Shown here piece by piece: positions 20,455 through 29,339 of a DNA stretch of 40,000 nucleotides. The stretch is from assembly GCF_055378805.1 (NCBI RefSeq), contig NZ_AP041107.1, one strand, 5' to 3'. A model generated the notes under the pieces. It did no database searches and had not been told where the DNA came from. It saw only the letters and a list, made by a program, of their open reading frames with translations. Numbering within the stretch: the first letter of the stretch is position 1; every line of letters starts with the position of its first letter. The translations under genes and the position numbers were made by a program.

Positions 20455-20715
20455 ATGGACGACATTGTTTTTGCGGGGAATAGGGCGCTGTATCTGATTT
20501 TAGTTATGTCTGCAGGACCTATTGCAGTTGCGACATTCGTTGGTTTATTGGTAGGGCTTTTTCAAACGGTAACACAGTTGCAAGAACAGACGTTGCCATT
20601 TGGCGTCAAATTATTGTGCGTAAGTATTTGCTTTTTTTTAATGAGCGGATGGTATGGTGAAAAATTATATTCGTTTGGTATCGAAATGCTGAATTTAGCA
20701 TTCGCGAGAGGATAG
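20455..20715 (+). CDS. epaQ: T3SS export-apparatus protein SctS (FliQ family), SpaQ homologue
   Basis: The ATG at 20455 gives 86 aa, the same size as SpaQ. Two TM helices. The ORF-track start at 20368 overlaps epaP and is unlikely. Confidence 0.9.
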   Translation: MDDIVFAGNRALYLILVMSAGPIAVATFVGLLVGLFQTVTQLQEQTLPFGVKLLCVSICFFLMSGWYGEKLYSFGIEMLNLAFARG

Positions 20716-20716
20716 C

Positions 20717-21484
20717 ATGGGGGAGGCGATGCTCTATCAGTTGCATAGTCTGCTGGCTGCTACAGCGCTCGGTTTTTGCCGATTGGCACCAACTTTCTAT
20801 TTGTTACCATTTTTCGCCAGTGGGAATATACCAACAGTAGTCCGTCATCCAATAATAATAGTGGTATCATGTGCATTAGTTCAGCATTACCACTATGAAT
20901 TATCTACCCTAAATGAAATAGATGTCGCTTTGTTTGCTGCCAGAGAAATTATCATAGGGTTGTTTATTGCTTGCTTATTAGCATCCCCATTTTGGATTTT
21001 CCTTGCTATAGGTAGCTTTATCGATAACCAACGTGGTGCAACGTTAAGTAGTACTTTGGATCCGGCTACAGGTGTCGATACATCGGAATTAGCAAGATTA
21101 TTTAACCTTTTCTCTGCAGCAGTTTATCTTACTAACGGTGGATTGAACTTTATTCTGGAGACTCTATGGCAAAGTTATAACTTATGGCCTTCAGGAAATT
21201 TTAATTTTCCTAAATTAGAGCCTTTATTCTCATATATTAATAATATAATGACTCATACTATCGTTTACGCAAGCCCCGTGATTGCGGTTATGCTGGGCGG
21301 TGAAGCTGTCCTGGGATTGCTGGCACGTTATGCTTCACAACTAAATGCTTTTGCCATCTCACTGACTGTCAAAAGTGCGCTGGCATTTTTAATATTAATT
21401 ATTTATTTTGGCCCAATACTGGCTGAACGAGTTATGCCGTTATCCTTTTTCCAAGAACAATTGCAATTATACATTGATAAATAG
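20717..21484 (+). CDS. epaR: T3SS export-apparatus protein SctT (FliR family), SpaR homologue
   Basis: 255-aa polytopic membrane ORF, uninterrupted. An alternative start at 20729 (MLYQLHSLL...) aligns better by eye with the SpaR N-terminus. Confidence 0.9.
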   Translation: MGEAMLYQLHSLLAATALGFCRLAPTFYLLPFFASGNIPTVVRHPIIIVVSCALVQHYHYELSTLNEIDVALFAAREIIIGLFIACLLASPFWIFLAIGSFIDNQRGATLSSTLDPATGVDTSELARLFNLFSAAVYLTNGGLNFILETLWQSYNLWPSGNFNFPKLEPLFSYINNIMTHTIVYASPVIAVMLGGEAVLGLLARYASQLNAFAISLTVKSALAFLILIIYFGPILAERVMPLSFFQEQLQLYIDK

Positions 21485-21492
21485 AGTGTTTC

Positions 21493-22605
21493 ATGGCAAA
21501 TAAAACTGAAAAGCCAACACAAAAGAAACTCCAGGATGCTTCTAAAAAAGGTCAAATTCTAAAAAGTAGAGACTTAACAGTCTCTGTAATAATGCTTGTG
21601 GGTACTTTATATCTCGGATATGTATTTGATGTGCATCACATTATGTCGATTCTTGAATACATCCTTGATCATAACGCTAAACCGGATATTTGGGACTATT
21701 TTAAAGCTATGGGGATAGGTTGGTTGAAAACGATCATTCCTTTTTTGCTGGTTTGTATGTTTACAACAATACTTGTTTCATGGTTTCAAAGTAAAATGCA
21801 ATTAGCAACTGAAGCTATTAAGTTTAAGTTTGATTCATTAAATCCAGTAAATGGCTTAAAACGTATATTTGGCTTAAAAACCGTAAAAGAATTTGTTAAA
21901 GCAATACTTTATATTATTTTTTTTGCATTGGCGATCAAATTATTTTGGAGTAACCATAAATCACTGCTTTTTAAAACTCTTGATGGAGATATCATTTCTT
22001 TATTATCAGATTGGGGAGAGATGCTATTCCTTCTCATACTGTATTGTCTCGGCAGTATGATAATTGTCTTAATTTTTGATTTTATCGCTGAATATTTTTT
22101 ATTTATGAAAGATATGAAAATGGATAAACAAGAAGTTAAAAGAGAATACAAGGAACAAGAAGGAAGTCCAGAAATTAAGTCTAAACGCAGAGAGCGCCAT
22201 CAAGAAATTCTTTCTGAGCAATTGAAATCTGATGTCAGTAATAGCCGTTTGATGATTGCCAACCCTACTCACATTGCCATAGGGATATACTTTAAGCCAC
22301 ATCTGTCACCTATCCCATTGATTTCTGTAAGAGAAACTAATGAGGTAGCATTAGCCGTAAGGAAATATGCAAAGGAAATCGGGATACCAATTATTACAGA
22401 TAAAAAATTAGCACGAAAAATTTATGCTACCCATCGTCGCTACGATTATGTGAGCTTCGAAAATATAGATGAAATATTACGTCTTCTGCTGTGGCTTGAA
22501 GATGTGGAGAATGCCGGACAACCTGTTCCAGATGAACAGTTCTCTTCAGAAGATAAATTCATTGAGGGTGAAGACACAGAAATCGAGAATAAAGATAATA
22601 ATTGA
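21493..22605 (+). CDS. epaS: T3SS autoprotease/substrate-switch protein SctU (FlhB family), SpaS homologue
   Basis: 370 aa. N-terminus MANKTEKPTQKKLQDASKKGQ, four TM segments, and an intact NPTH autocleavage motif (LMIANPTHIAIG). Confidence 0.95.
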   Translation: MANKTEKPTQKKLQDASKKGQILKSRDLTVSVIMLVGTLYLGYVFDVHHIMSILEYILDHNAKPDIWDYFKAMGIGWLKTIIPFLLVCMFTTILVSWFQSKMQLATEAIKFKFDSLNPVNGLKRIFGLKTVKEFVKAILYIIFFALAIKLFWSNHKSLLFKTLDGDIISLLSDWGEMLFLLILYCLGSMIIVLIFDFIAEYFLFMKDMKMDKQEVKREYKEQEGSPEIKSKRRERHQEILSEQLKSDVSNSRLMIANPTHIAIGIYFKPHLSPIPLISVRETNEVALAVRKYAKEIGIPIITDKKLARKIYATHRRYDYVSFENIDEILRLLLWLEDVENAGQPVPDEQFSSEDKFIEGEDTEIENKDNN

Positions 22606-22642
22606 ATAAATTAATTTCTATCGTAGTCAGATATTTAAAAAT

Positions 22643-22669
22643 AATCTACACGCAAAAAGCGTGTAGATT
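22643..22669. terminator. bidirectional rho-independent terminator between epaS and the convergent lipoprotein gene
   Basis: 11-bp perfect stem AATCTACACGC / GCGTGTAGATT with loop AAAAA. T-rich on the plus side (CATTATTT) and A-rich upstream. Confidence 0.7.
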
Positions 22670-22675
22670 CATTAT

Positions 22676-22969
22676 TTAATGAGTTAAACGATCTTGCGAA
22701 ATGAGAAGCAATTGATACATACTCATCTCTTTATAAGCTGGAACTGTAGTAACCTGTGCAAATTCGCGATATAGCTTTTGCTCCAGTTCTGCTGAAGATA
22801 TATATTCCGGGTGTTCGCTAAAGAACTGTCTTGCATCTACTATCGCTTGGGATTCGCCACTTCTTTTATTTTGATTCTCCTTTAATGAATTTTCTCTGGT
22901 GCATGCAGAGAGCAACGATATCAGCGCGACAGTTATTATGATTTTACTATTATATCTTACTAATGACAT
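22676..22969 (-). CDS. small lipoprotein (97 aa precursor), unknown function; candidate T3SS accessory protein or pilotin
   Basis: Lipobox ISLLSA|C. Its ATG is 1 nt after the etrA stop (TGA-T-ATG), so the two are translationally coupled. Confidence 0.65.
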   Translation of the reverse strand: MSLVRYNSKIIITVALISLLSACTRENSLKENQNKRSGESQAIVDARQFFSEHPEYISSAELEQKLYREFAQVTTVPAYKEMSMYQLLLISQDRLTH

Positions 22970-22970
22970 A

Positions 22971-23471
22971 TCAACTTTCTCTTATGCAAGATTGGAGTTT
23001 AAAATAATGTTTATCCCATTCACAGAGTGCTATAAACAACTCAACAGTACCTTTTATGTTAAGTTTATTTAGGGCTCTTATTTTGTGATATGATACTGTT
23101 TTATAATCAATTCCTTTGATAATGGCTATTTGTTTTAACGAATAAGAAACACATAACCGCAGGATATCTATCTCATCATGGGTAAGTGGTTCTTGAGTGG
23201 AATACACATTTTGTGTATGAAGATTCGAAACCAGAAAATGCGTTAAATCAGATAATGTAATATTCTTATTGATCCTGATGAAATTGTTGCTCAAAAGGGT
23301 GTTTACAGGTTCTGTATTTGGTTTGAGATTTCGATGTTGGTGCTCATCAATTACAACGAACGAATGTCCAAGATCAACCAACGCAACCAAATCGCTGTAA
23401 TATTCCTTTTGGGATGCTAATAATGCATTAGTGCCTACAGTGAAGTAGACATCACTGGAAAAGACTTGCAT
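22971..23471 (-). CDS. etrA: LuxR-type HTH transcriptional regulator without receiver domain
   Basis: 166 aa with a C-terminal LuxR/GerE HTH (LTHDEIDILRLCVSYSLKQIAIIKGIDYKTVSYHKIRALNKLNI). Its location between epaS and eprH matches the ETT2 regulator etrA as I recall it. Confidence 0.7.
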   Translation of the reverse strand: MQVFSSDVYFTVGTNALLASQKEYYSDLVALVDLGHSFVVIDEHQHRNLKPNTEPVNTLLSNNFIRINKNITLSDLTHFLVSNLHTQNVYSTQEPLTHDEIDILRLCVSYSLKQIAIIKGIDYKTVSYHKIRALNKLNIKGTVELFIALCEWDKHYFKLQSCIRES

Positions 23472-23729
23472 ATGCCAACCTGCACTCTAAAATCATTTAG
23501 GGTAAATATTACGTGTAAAATTTAAAATAATGGTAATTGTTATATTTGCATATCAATGAGGGAATAGGGTGTATACCTTAAATTGCAAATAAAGTTATGT
23601 ATGTAGGAATTTAAAATGGTTCTCGAAAATTATAATCTTTTTATTGTGTGTCATCATAATTTGGTCATGAAATTTCCGTCTTGTTACACTACTCTAAACT
23701 AGAGCTTATGGAATTAGCGGGTGGTATTC

Positions 23730-24911
23730 ATGGAAAATAATGATAAATTCTTATCACAAGACTTATTGGAATCTTATGCCATTCGTTTATTGAGCGGACC
23801 ATTGAATGGATGCGAGTATGAAATACTTAATGGGCGTGTACTCGTTATCGTTGGTAATGATGTTTCGTTAGGAAGAAGTGATTCTTTTTCTGAGTTACCA
23901 GAGAATACGATAGTCATTCCTTATGGAGAGCTTACAGGCAGTTTTGAGGTAATAATCACTACAGACCCTGATCTGGTTGTAACAATCAGAGAATTAACAG
24001 CACAAGAATCTGAAGATAGAACGTTAACATTGAATCAGCAAATAGAAGTTTTAGGCCTCAAATTTGCTGTAAAAGTAAAAAATGAAGTTTGGCAGTATTC
24101 AATACCAGGTATTGTTGAAAATAACATTACTTCAACAAGACAACATTTCTTTAGAAGTACGCTGTTTAAATATGTAACGCTATTTTTTCTTTTTGCTATC
24201 ATTTTTATAGCTTTTTATATTGTTAATGCCAGTAATGATCCGCAGCTGAGACATATCGATAAAATTCTTGTAAACAAAAATAGAAATTATGAAATTTTAT
24301 ATGGTAGGGATCATGTCATCTATATCAATACCAATAGTTTGGATGAAGCTGTCTGGGTCAAACAAGCACTGGAAAAAAATCAACCAGGAAAGCCAGTACG
24401 GGTGATAAATCCTGATGATGAATCGATACGAATTTTTTCATGGCTTGCTGATAATTTCCCAGATCTACAATATTTTAAACTACAGCTATTAGATGCCAGT
24501 AATCCAAGACTGACAGTGAGTAAGCAACGGAATGCTATCACACAGCAACTAATCGATAATCTTATTAAAGGATTACTGCAAACTATGCCATATGCCAGCA
24601 ATATAAGTATTGCGGTATTAGATGATAATGTATTGGAAAGTCAGGCAATTGAAACATTGTCGGCAATAGGTCTTTCTTATGAAAAATATAAAACAGCTAA
24701 CAATGTATATTTCAATATCATTGGTACGTTAAGCGACAGTGAATTAAATAAAATTAATAACTATGTCGACGAATATTATAAACAATGGGGTAAACAATAT
24801 GTAAGATTTAATGTGAATTTGAAAAATCAGGATAAAAATAATAGTTCATTTAGCTACGGAGATAACCGATTCGAGAAGTCTCAAGGTAGCAAGTGGACAT
24901 TTCAGGAATAA
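23730..24911 (+). CDS. eprH: T3SS inner-membrane ring protein (SctD), PrgH homologue
   Basis: 393 aa from the ATG at 23730; the ORF-track GTG at 23721 is also possible. Single central TM (YVTLFFLFAIIFIAFYIV). First gene of the prgHIJK-like block. Confidence 0.85.
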   Translation: MENNDKFLSQDLLESYAIRLLSGPLNGCEYEILNGRVLVIVGNDVSLGRSDSFSELPENTIVIPYGELTGSFEVIITTDPDLVVTIRELTAQESEDRTLTLNQQIEVLGLKFAVKVKNEVWQYSIPGIVENNITSTRQHFFRSTLFKYVTLFFLFAIIFIAFYIVNASNDPQLRHIDKILVNKNRNYEILYGRDHVIYINTNSLDEAVWVKQALEKNQPGKPVRVINPDDESIRIFSWLADNFPDLQYFKLQLLDASNPRLTVSKQRNAITQQLIDNLIKGLLQTMPYASNISIAVLDDNVLESQAIETLSAIGLSYEKYKTANNVYFNIIGTLSDSELNKINNYVDEYYKQWGKQYVRFNVNLKNQDKNNSSFSYGDNRFEKSQGSKWTFQE

Positions 24912-24924
24912 TTGAGGAGGACTT

Positions 24925-25164
24925 ATGGCAGATTGGAATGGTTATATTATGGATATCAGCAAACAATTTGATCAGGGCGTTGATGATCTGAACCAACAAG
25001 TTGAAAAGGCGTTGGAGGATTTAGCAACCAATCCTTCCGACCCGAAATTCCTTGCCGAATATCAGAGTGCATTAGCTGAGTATACATTATATCGAAATGC
25101 GCAATCTAACGTTGTAAAAGCGTATAAAGATCTTGATTCGGCAATCATACAAAACTTCCGCTAA
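24925..25164 (+). CDS. eprI: T3SS needle filament protein (SctF), PrgI homologue
   Basis: 79 aa behind GAGGAGG. Near-colinear identity by eye with PrgI (...PSDP..LA.YQS.L.EY.LYRNAQSN.VK..KD.D.AIIQNFR). Confidence 0.95.
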   Translation: MADWNGYIMDISKQFDQGVDDLNQQVEKALEDLATNPSDPKFLAEYQSALAEYTLYRNAQSNVVKAYKDLDSAIIQNFR

Positions 25165-25183
25165 ACTGGATAAGGATTTTATT

Positions 25184-25516
25184 ATGTCAGTAAGCAATAT
25201 GCCACCTATTGATAGAGCTGAGCAATCAGCTGCTCGTGAAATACAGCAAGCGAAAGTTATTGATTTAAATGACCGGGTTCTCAATCTTGATAACCCGGAT
25301 GATAAAATGATCTCCGCTTTTGCCAACTATGCGGTACAAACTGAAAATTGGCAGCAAAATGCGTTACAAGCATTAAGGTCTGATAAAAAGGGGTTAACTC
25401 CTGAAAAATTATTAGTCTTGCAGGATCATGTGCTTAATTATAATGTCGAGGTTTCATTGGTGGGAACATTAGCAAGAAAAATTGTCGCTGCAGTTGAGAC
25501 GTTGACTCGCTCATGA
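25184..25516 (+). CDS. eprJ: T3SS inner rod protein (SctI), PrgJ homologue
   Basis: The ATG at 25184 follows GGATAAGGA and gives 110 aa. It holds the conserved position between the needle and SctJ genes, with a C-terminal LVGTLARKIVAAVETLTRS typical of the SctI family. Confidence 0.85.
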   Translation: MSVSNMPPIDRAEQSAAREIQQAKVIDLNDRVLNLDNPDDKMISAFANYAVQTENWQQNALQALRSDKKGLTPEKLLVLQDHVLNYNVEVSLVGTLARKIVAAVETLTRS

Positions 25517-26247
25517 AATATATATCATTATTCTTGTTTATCCTGCTGTTGTGCGGTTGCAAGCAGCAGGAATTACTGAACCATCTTGATCAACAGCAAG
25601 CTAATGATGTCCTTGCTGTTTTACAAAGACATAATATTAATGCTGAGAAGAAGGATCAAGGCAAAACTGGATTTTCAATCTATGTAGAACCAACGGATTT
25701 TGCTTCTGCGGTGGATTGGCTAAAAATCTACAATCTCCCGGGTAAGCCTGATATTCAAATATCGCAGATGTTCCCTGCAGATGCACTCGTTTCCTCTCCA
25801 CGAGCGGAAAAAGCAAGATTGTATTCTGCTATTGAACAGCGTTTAGAGCAATCTCTCAAAATTATGGATGGCATTGTTTCTTCAAGAGTACATGTTAGTT
25901 ACGATGTTGATACAGGTGATAGTGGCAAAACTGCTTTACCAATTCATATTTCTGTACTTGCTGTATATGAAAAAGATATCAATCCAGAAATAAAAATAAA
26001 TGACATTAAGAGATTTATTGTTAATAGCTTTGCAAGCGTACAATATGAGAATATTTCAGTCGTATTGTCAAAACGAAGAGATATTATTGAACAAGCACCA
26101 ACATATGAAATTAACGAACCTATTTTTGCTTATGATAAGACTATGCCGGTTTCTATCTTACTTGCATTAATGTCCATTGCGACTTGCTGGCTGTTATGGA
26201 AGTACAGGGCTATTATAACTAATTTAATCAGGTTAAAAAATAAGTAG
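25513..26247 (+). CDS. eprK: T3SS inner-membrane ring lipoprotein (SctJ), PrgK homologue
   Basis: 244 aa with lipobox LLLCG|C, YscJ/FliF-type fold motifs and a C-terminal TM. ATGA overlap with eprJ. Confidence 0.93.
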   Translation: MKYISLFLFILLLCGCKQQELLNHLDQQQANDVLAVLQRHNINAEKKDQGKTGFSIYVEPTDFASAVDWLKIYNLPGKPDIQISQMFPADALVSSPRAEKARLYSAIEQRLEQSLKIMDGIVSSRVHVSYDVDTGDSGKTALPIHISVLAVYEKDINPEIKINDIKRFIVNSFASVQYENISVVLSKRRDIIEQAPTYEINEPIFAYDKTMPVSILLALMSIATCWLLWKYRAIITNLIRLKNK

Positions 26248-26262
26248 ACATATGAGAACGTT

Positions 26263-26844
26263 ATGAATCTTGCCCTAAGAAAAATTATATATGATCCAAT
26301 TAGTTATATTCATCCCCAACGAGTAAGTTTGAATAATGCACGTATTAGCAATCCGGTACTTAGATCTATTACCAATGAAATGATACTCCTACAGTACAAT
26401 CTTTCAGTTGAGCATTTCAGTCTGAATAGTTCACTTATTTACTACATAAACAATTGGAAATTATTTCCATTGATCTGTTTACTCAGTGGTTGTCACTTTT
26501 ATCGAGAAAGGTTTGCAGAACGCGGATTTTTTTACAAGGTTCCTGATGTGCTAAGGAATTATTTATCAGCTATACCGGTGGAAATAAATGAAAAGGCACG
26601 ATATAAACCTGGTATCGTTAACTATCAGAATATCATCACATGTGGTTTTTCAACGTTGTTGCCCTATCTAAGGCAACAACCGTTGGCAATGCAGCAACGA
26701 TTTAATTTATTATTTCCTGATTTTGTTGACCACATACAATTGCCGTTACCACTTGCGTCTACTCTTTTGGAGAGAATTACATTTTATGCGAAAAAAAATA
26801 GAGATGAGCTTGATAAACTCTCCTGCAAATGGTGTTGTGATTAA
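26263..26844 (+). CDS. orgA: T3SS sorting-platform protein (SctK), OrgA homologue
   Basis: 193 aa. The N-terminal block IIYDPISYIHPQR matches the Salmonella OrgA block IIFDPLSYIHPQR as I recall it. The K-12 remnant is ygeO, from memory. Confidence 0.8.
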   Translation: MNLALRKIIYDPISYIHPQRVSLNNARISNPVLRSITNEMILLQYNLSVEHFSLNSSLIYYINNWKLFPLICLLSGCHFYRERFAERGFFYKVPDVLRNYLSAIPVEINEKARYKPGIVNYQNIITCGFSTLLPYLRQQPLAMQQRFNLLFPDFVDHIQLPLPLASTLLERITFYAKKNRDELDKLSCKWCCD

Positions 26845-27493
26845 AAGAATAATTTCTGATGGATTGAAAGAAATAGTTTCTCTAAAAGAACAGATCCTTC
26901 TTGAAACCACCGCAAAAATTCAGAGTATTGAGGAAAAGAGAGAAGAAAAAGTTATTCAAGGTTATTATGATGGCTATGCGAAAGGCATTATTGATGTGAT
27001 GGATAATTTTATACCCTTGATAAGTTTGCTGAGCTCAGAATTAGAAAAAAACAGAATAAATATGATAAACGATCTGAAGAGCATATTGTTAAAATCTTCA
27101 GAGGAAGTTGAAGTTTTTATCAAAATTTTTGAAAGTTGGGTAACAAAATTACCGTCAATATCAGGCCCTTTAAATCTCTATATACCTACCAGTTTCAAAG
27201 ATAAGTCTATTGAAGTAGAGTCATATTTTGTCGACAAGTCAATATGGAATGTCCATATTTCATATCATGATGACAAACGTTTTGTTTTTTTTACAGATCA
27301 ATTTATTGCTGAATTTAGTCCGCAGGAATTTGTGGATAATTGTGAGCAATATTTAATTAGCAATCACTGTTTTTCCCCTGACAAGGTTAATGAAATCTGT
27401 GAACATGCCAGACATTATTTAGTTGAAAGAATGTGTGAAATAGATTCTTTGGCTATGAATAATTCTGATTTGACGACCCCAGAGGACTTATAG
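26786..27493 (+). CDS. orgB: T3SS stator / ATPase regulator (SctL), OrgB homologue
   Basis: 235 aa from the ATG at 26786 (alternatives 26804 and 26723), overlapping the orgA 3' end. Coiled-coil N-terminal half and conserved position after orgA. The K-12 remnant is ygeN, from memory. Confidence 0.7.
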   Translation: MRKKIEMSLINSPANGVVIKRIISDGLKEIVSLKEQILLETTAKIQSIEEKREEKVIQGYYDGYAKGIIDVMDNFIPLISLLSSELEKNRINMINDLKSILLKSSEEVEVFIKIFESWVTKLPSISGPLNLYIPTSFKDKSIEVESYFVDKSIWNVHISYHDDKRFVFFTDQFIAEFSPQEFVDNCEQYLISNHCFSPDKVNEICEHARHYLVERMCEIDSLAMNNSDLTTPEDL

Positions 27494-27715
27494 ATCACTG
27501 TCTCCGGCTTAATGACTTGAATATAATCTAATTCTAATATTTTAAACGCCTAATGATTTTTCAAAACGGGTGTTATTCTGCTTACGCAAAAATTTTATTA
27601 TTAATTATATTTCATTATTATTTCATCAATGTATTCTTTGGATTTTGCTTATAATAATAATGGAAGGGATGATTATAAATGAATGCGTTATAGCATTTAC
27701 ACTCAGGATGAATAT

Positions 27716-28348
27716 ATGGGAAAGATTAAAATTGTAGTTTCAGATCAGCAGCCGTTTATGATTGATGGGATAATTGGATTTCTCGGACATTATCCCGATT
27801 TATATGAGGTTGTTGGGGGCTATAAAGATCTGAAGAAAGCTATCGCGGAGTGTAACAAATCTGCAGCCCAAATATTTATTTTAGGAGAATTTGCAGGTGG
27901 AATGATGGGGTCCGAACTCATTAAATGGGTTAAATCGCATAAAATAGATGCTCATATTATTACATTTGTAGCAAAAATGCCGTATATTGATTCAATAAAA
28001 TTACTTGAAGCCGGTGCAAAAGGATGCGTATGGAAAACCAGTCACCCGGCAAAACTAAATCGCGCTATTGATTCGATTAGTAATGGTTACACTTATTTTG
28101 ATAGTGTACACATGGATTGTGAAAAAATATCTTCAAGATATTCCTCTGATAATCAACTTACAAATCGTGAGTCTGAAATACTACAACTCATAGCTGATGG
28201 AAAAACAAACAAAGAAATCGCTAATTTCTTGCAGTTAAGCAGGAAAACAGTCGAAACTCATAGACTCAATATCATGAAGAAATTAGATGTTCACAGTGGT
28301 ATCGAGTTGATCAAAACAGCTTTACGTATGGGTGTTTGCACTATATAA
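27716..28348 (+). CDS. ygeK: NarL/FixJ(LuxR)-family response regulator with atypical receiver domain
   Basis: 210 aa from the ATG at 27716, which is 8 nt after AGGA. Receiver-like N-terminus plus C-terminal LuxR HTH ([43 protein letters not shown]). Confidence 0.85.
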   Translation: MGKIKIVVSDQQPFMIDGIIGFLGHYPDLYEVVGGYKDLKKAIAECNKSAAQIFILGEFAGGMMGSELIKWVKSHKIDAHIITFVAKMPYIDSIKLLEAGAKGCVWKTSHPAKLNRAIDSISNGYTYFDSVHMDCEKISSRYSSDNQLTNRESEILQLIADGKTNKEIANFLQLSRKTVETHRLNIMKKLDVHSGIELIKTALRMGVCTI

Positions 28349-28366
28349 AAAAAAGAGGCTTTAGGC

Positions 28367-28870
28367 TTATTTTGCTAAAGCCTTACGCTTGTCTATTTCA
28401 TTAAGTCTGGTATATACAACATATATTTTTTTTGCATATTGCAGCCTCTTTTTTTTGTTTTCCATTGCAAAACCCGCGTTATATGTCCCCAGACATTGCC
28501 ACGTTACCCCACAACGTGAAAAATGATTATATAAAATCTCGGTCCCTATTTTAATGTTCAGACAGGGGTTATCTAACAAATCTCGTTCATCTTTTATTAT
28601 TCCACGTTTTTTTAACATGGGAATGTGCATCTGGTTTATCTGCATTAAACCATAATCAACACTCTTTATATTGTTTTTCTTATCCCTGTTTTTGCCGATG
28701 CTATCATTTTTTAAATTACTTTCAACAAGAGCGATAGCTTTGATCAAATTTGGTTCGATTCTGAAAATTGATCCTGCTTCATTAAAGCAAGCGCTACTGG
28801 CGAAAGACATTTTTGTAATTAATATAGAAAACATGAAGATGGATAAGATTTTAACTTTGGGTAAGCGCAT
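28367..28870 (-). CDS. pbl: T3SS-associated lytic transglycosylase, IagB/IpgF family
   Basis: 167 aa with a signal peptide. SLT-type catalytic region IALVESNL...YGLMQIN...GTYNAG is colinear by eye with Salmonella IagB. Confidence 0.88.
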   Translation of the reverse strand: MRLPKVKILSIFMFSILITKMSFASSACFNEAGSIFRIEPNLIKAIALVESNLKNDSIGKNRDKKNNIKSVDYGLMQINQMHIPMLKKRGIIKDERDLLDNPCLNIKIGTEILYNHFSRCGVTWQCLGTYNAGFAMENKKKRLQYAKKIYVVYTRLNEIDKRKALAK

Positions 28871-28900
28871 ATATTTTTATGTGTAGGATTGAAGGAAAGG

Positions 28901-28931
28901 AACGAGATACTAATATATTCAGTATCTCGTT
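28901..28931. other. intergenic perfect hairpin between ygeI and pbl
   Basis: AACGAGATACT (28901-28911) pairs with AGTATCTCGTT (28921-28931) across a 9-nt loop. No flanking T-tract on either strand. Confidence 0.5.
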
Positions 28932-28953
28932 AATCATTTAAGTGGTCAATTAT

Positions 28954-29172
28954 CTACCATTCCAGTTCATAGTAAGGAGAGATAGGATTATCTTTCGAAT
29001 ACATATCATTTTGAAAAGATGCCATCCATGTTGAAACTATAAATGCTTGTATTTGATCTGTATCAGTAGTACTGGTGGTGATGTGTTTATCTAATGAAAC
29101 GACTTCATCACCCGTTGCGGTTGCTATATTTAAACTTTGAGAAAAATTATTCATATTGATTGGATTAGTCAT
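28954..29172 (-). CDS. ygeI: small hypothetical protein (72 aa)
   Basis: The internal ATG (MTNPINMNNFSQ...) gives 72 aa, the K-12 YgeI size as I recall it. S/T/N-rich N-terminus with no TM segment. Confidence 0.6.
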   Translation of the reverse strand: MTNPINMNNFSQSLNIATATGDEVVSLDKHITTSTTDTDQIQAFIVSTWMASFQNDMYSKDNPISPYYELEW

Positions 29173-29339
29173 AAAGTTCCCTTTTTTATTTGTCCAGGCC
29201 AATAGCCTATACACAATACTTTTTAATCTAGAGTATTTGATATATATTGCAATAAGGTAATTATCTTAGATGTTTTCATCTCTGTTGTTTACATAACCAG
29301 TTGCATGCATCTAAACAATAAAATTGCGACAATAAAGAT

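Noticed and set aside
23517-23620. Direct repeat AATTTAAAAT(AA)TGGT (23519-23534 and 23608-23620) and a repeated TTGCATAT in the etrA-eprH divergent promoter region.
   Set aside because: Ten-bp matches made almost only of A/T are expected by chance in a 250-bp region this AT-rich. I cannot distinguish them from background without a motif model.
28356-28383. Hairpin AGGCTTTAG / CTAAAGCCT after ygeK as a possible shared ygeK/pbl terminator.
   Set aside because: The downstream arm lies within the last codons of pbl, and the stem is only 9 bp with a 10-nt loop. It is plausible but too weak to call as a feature.
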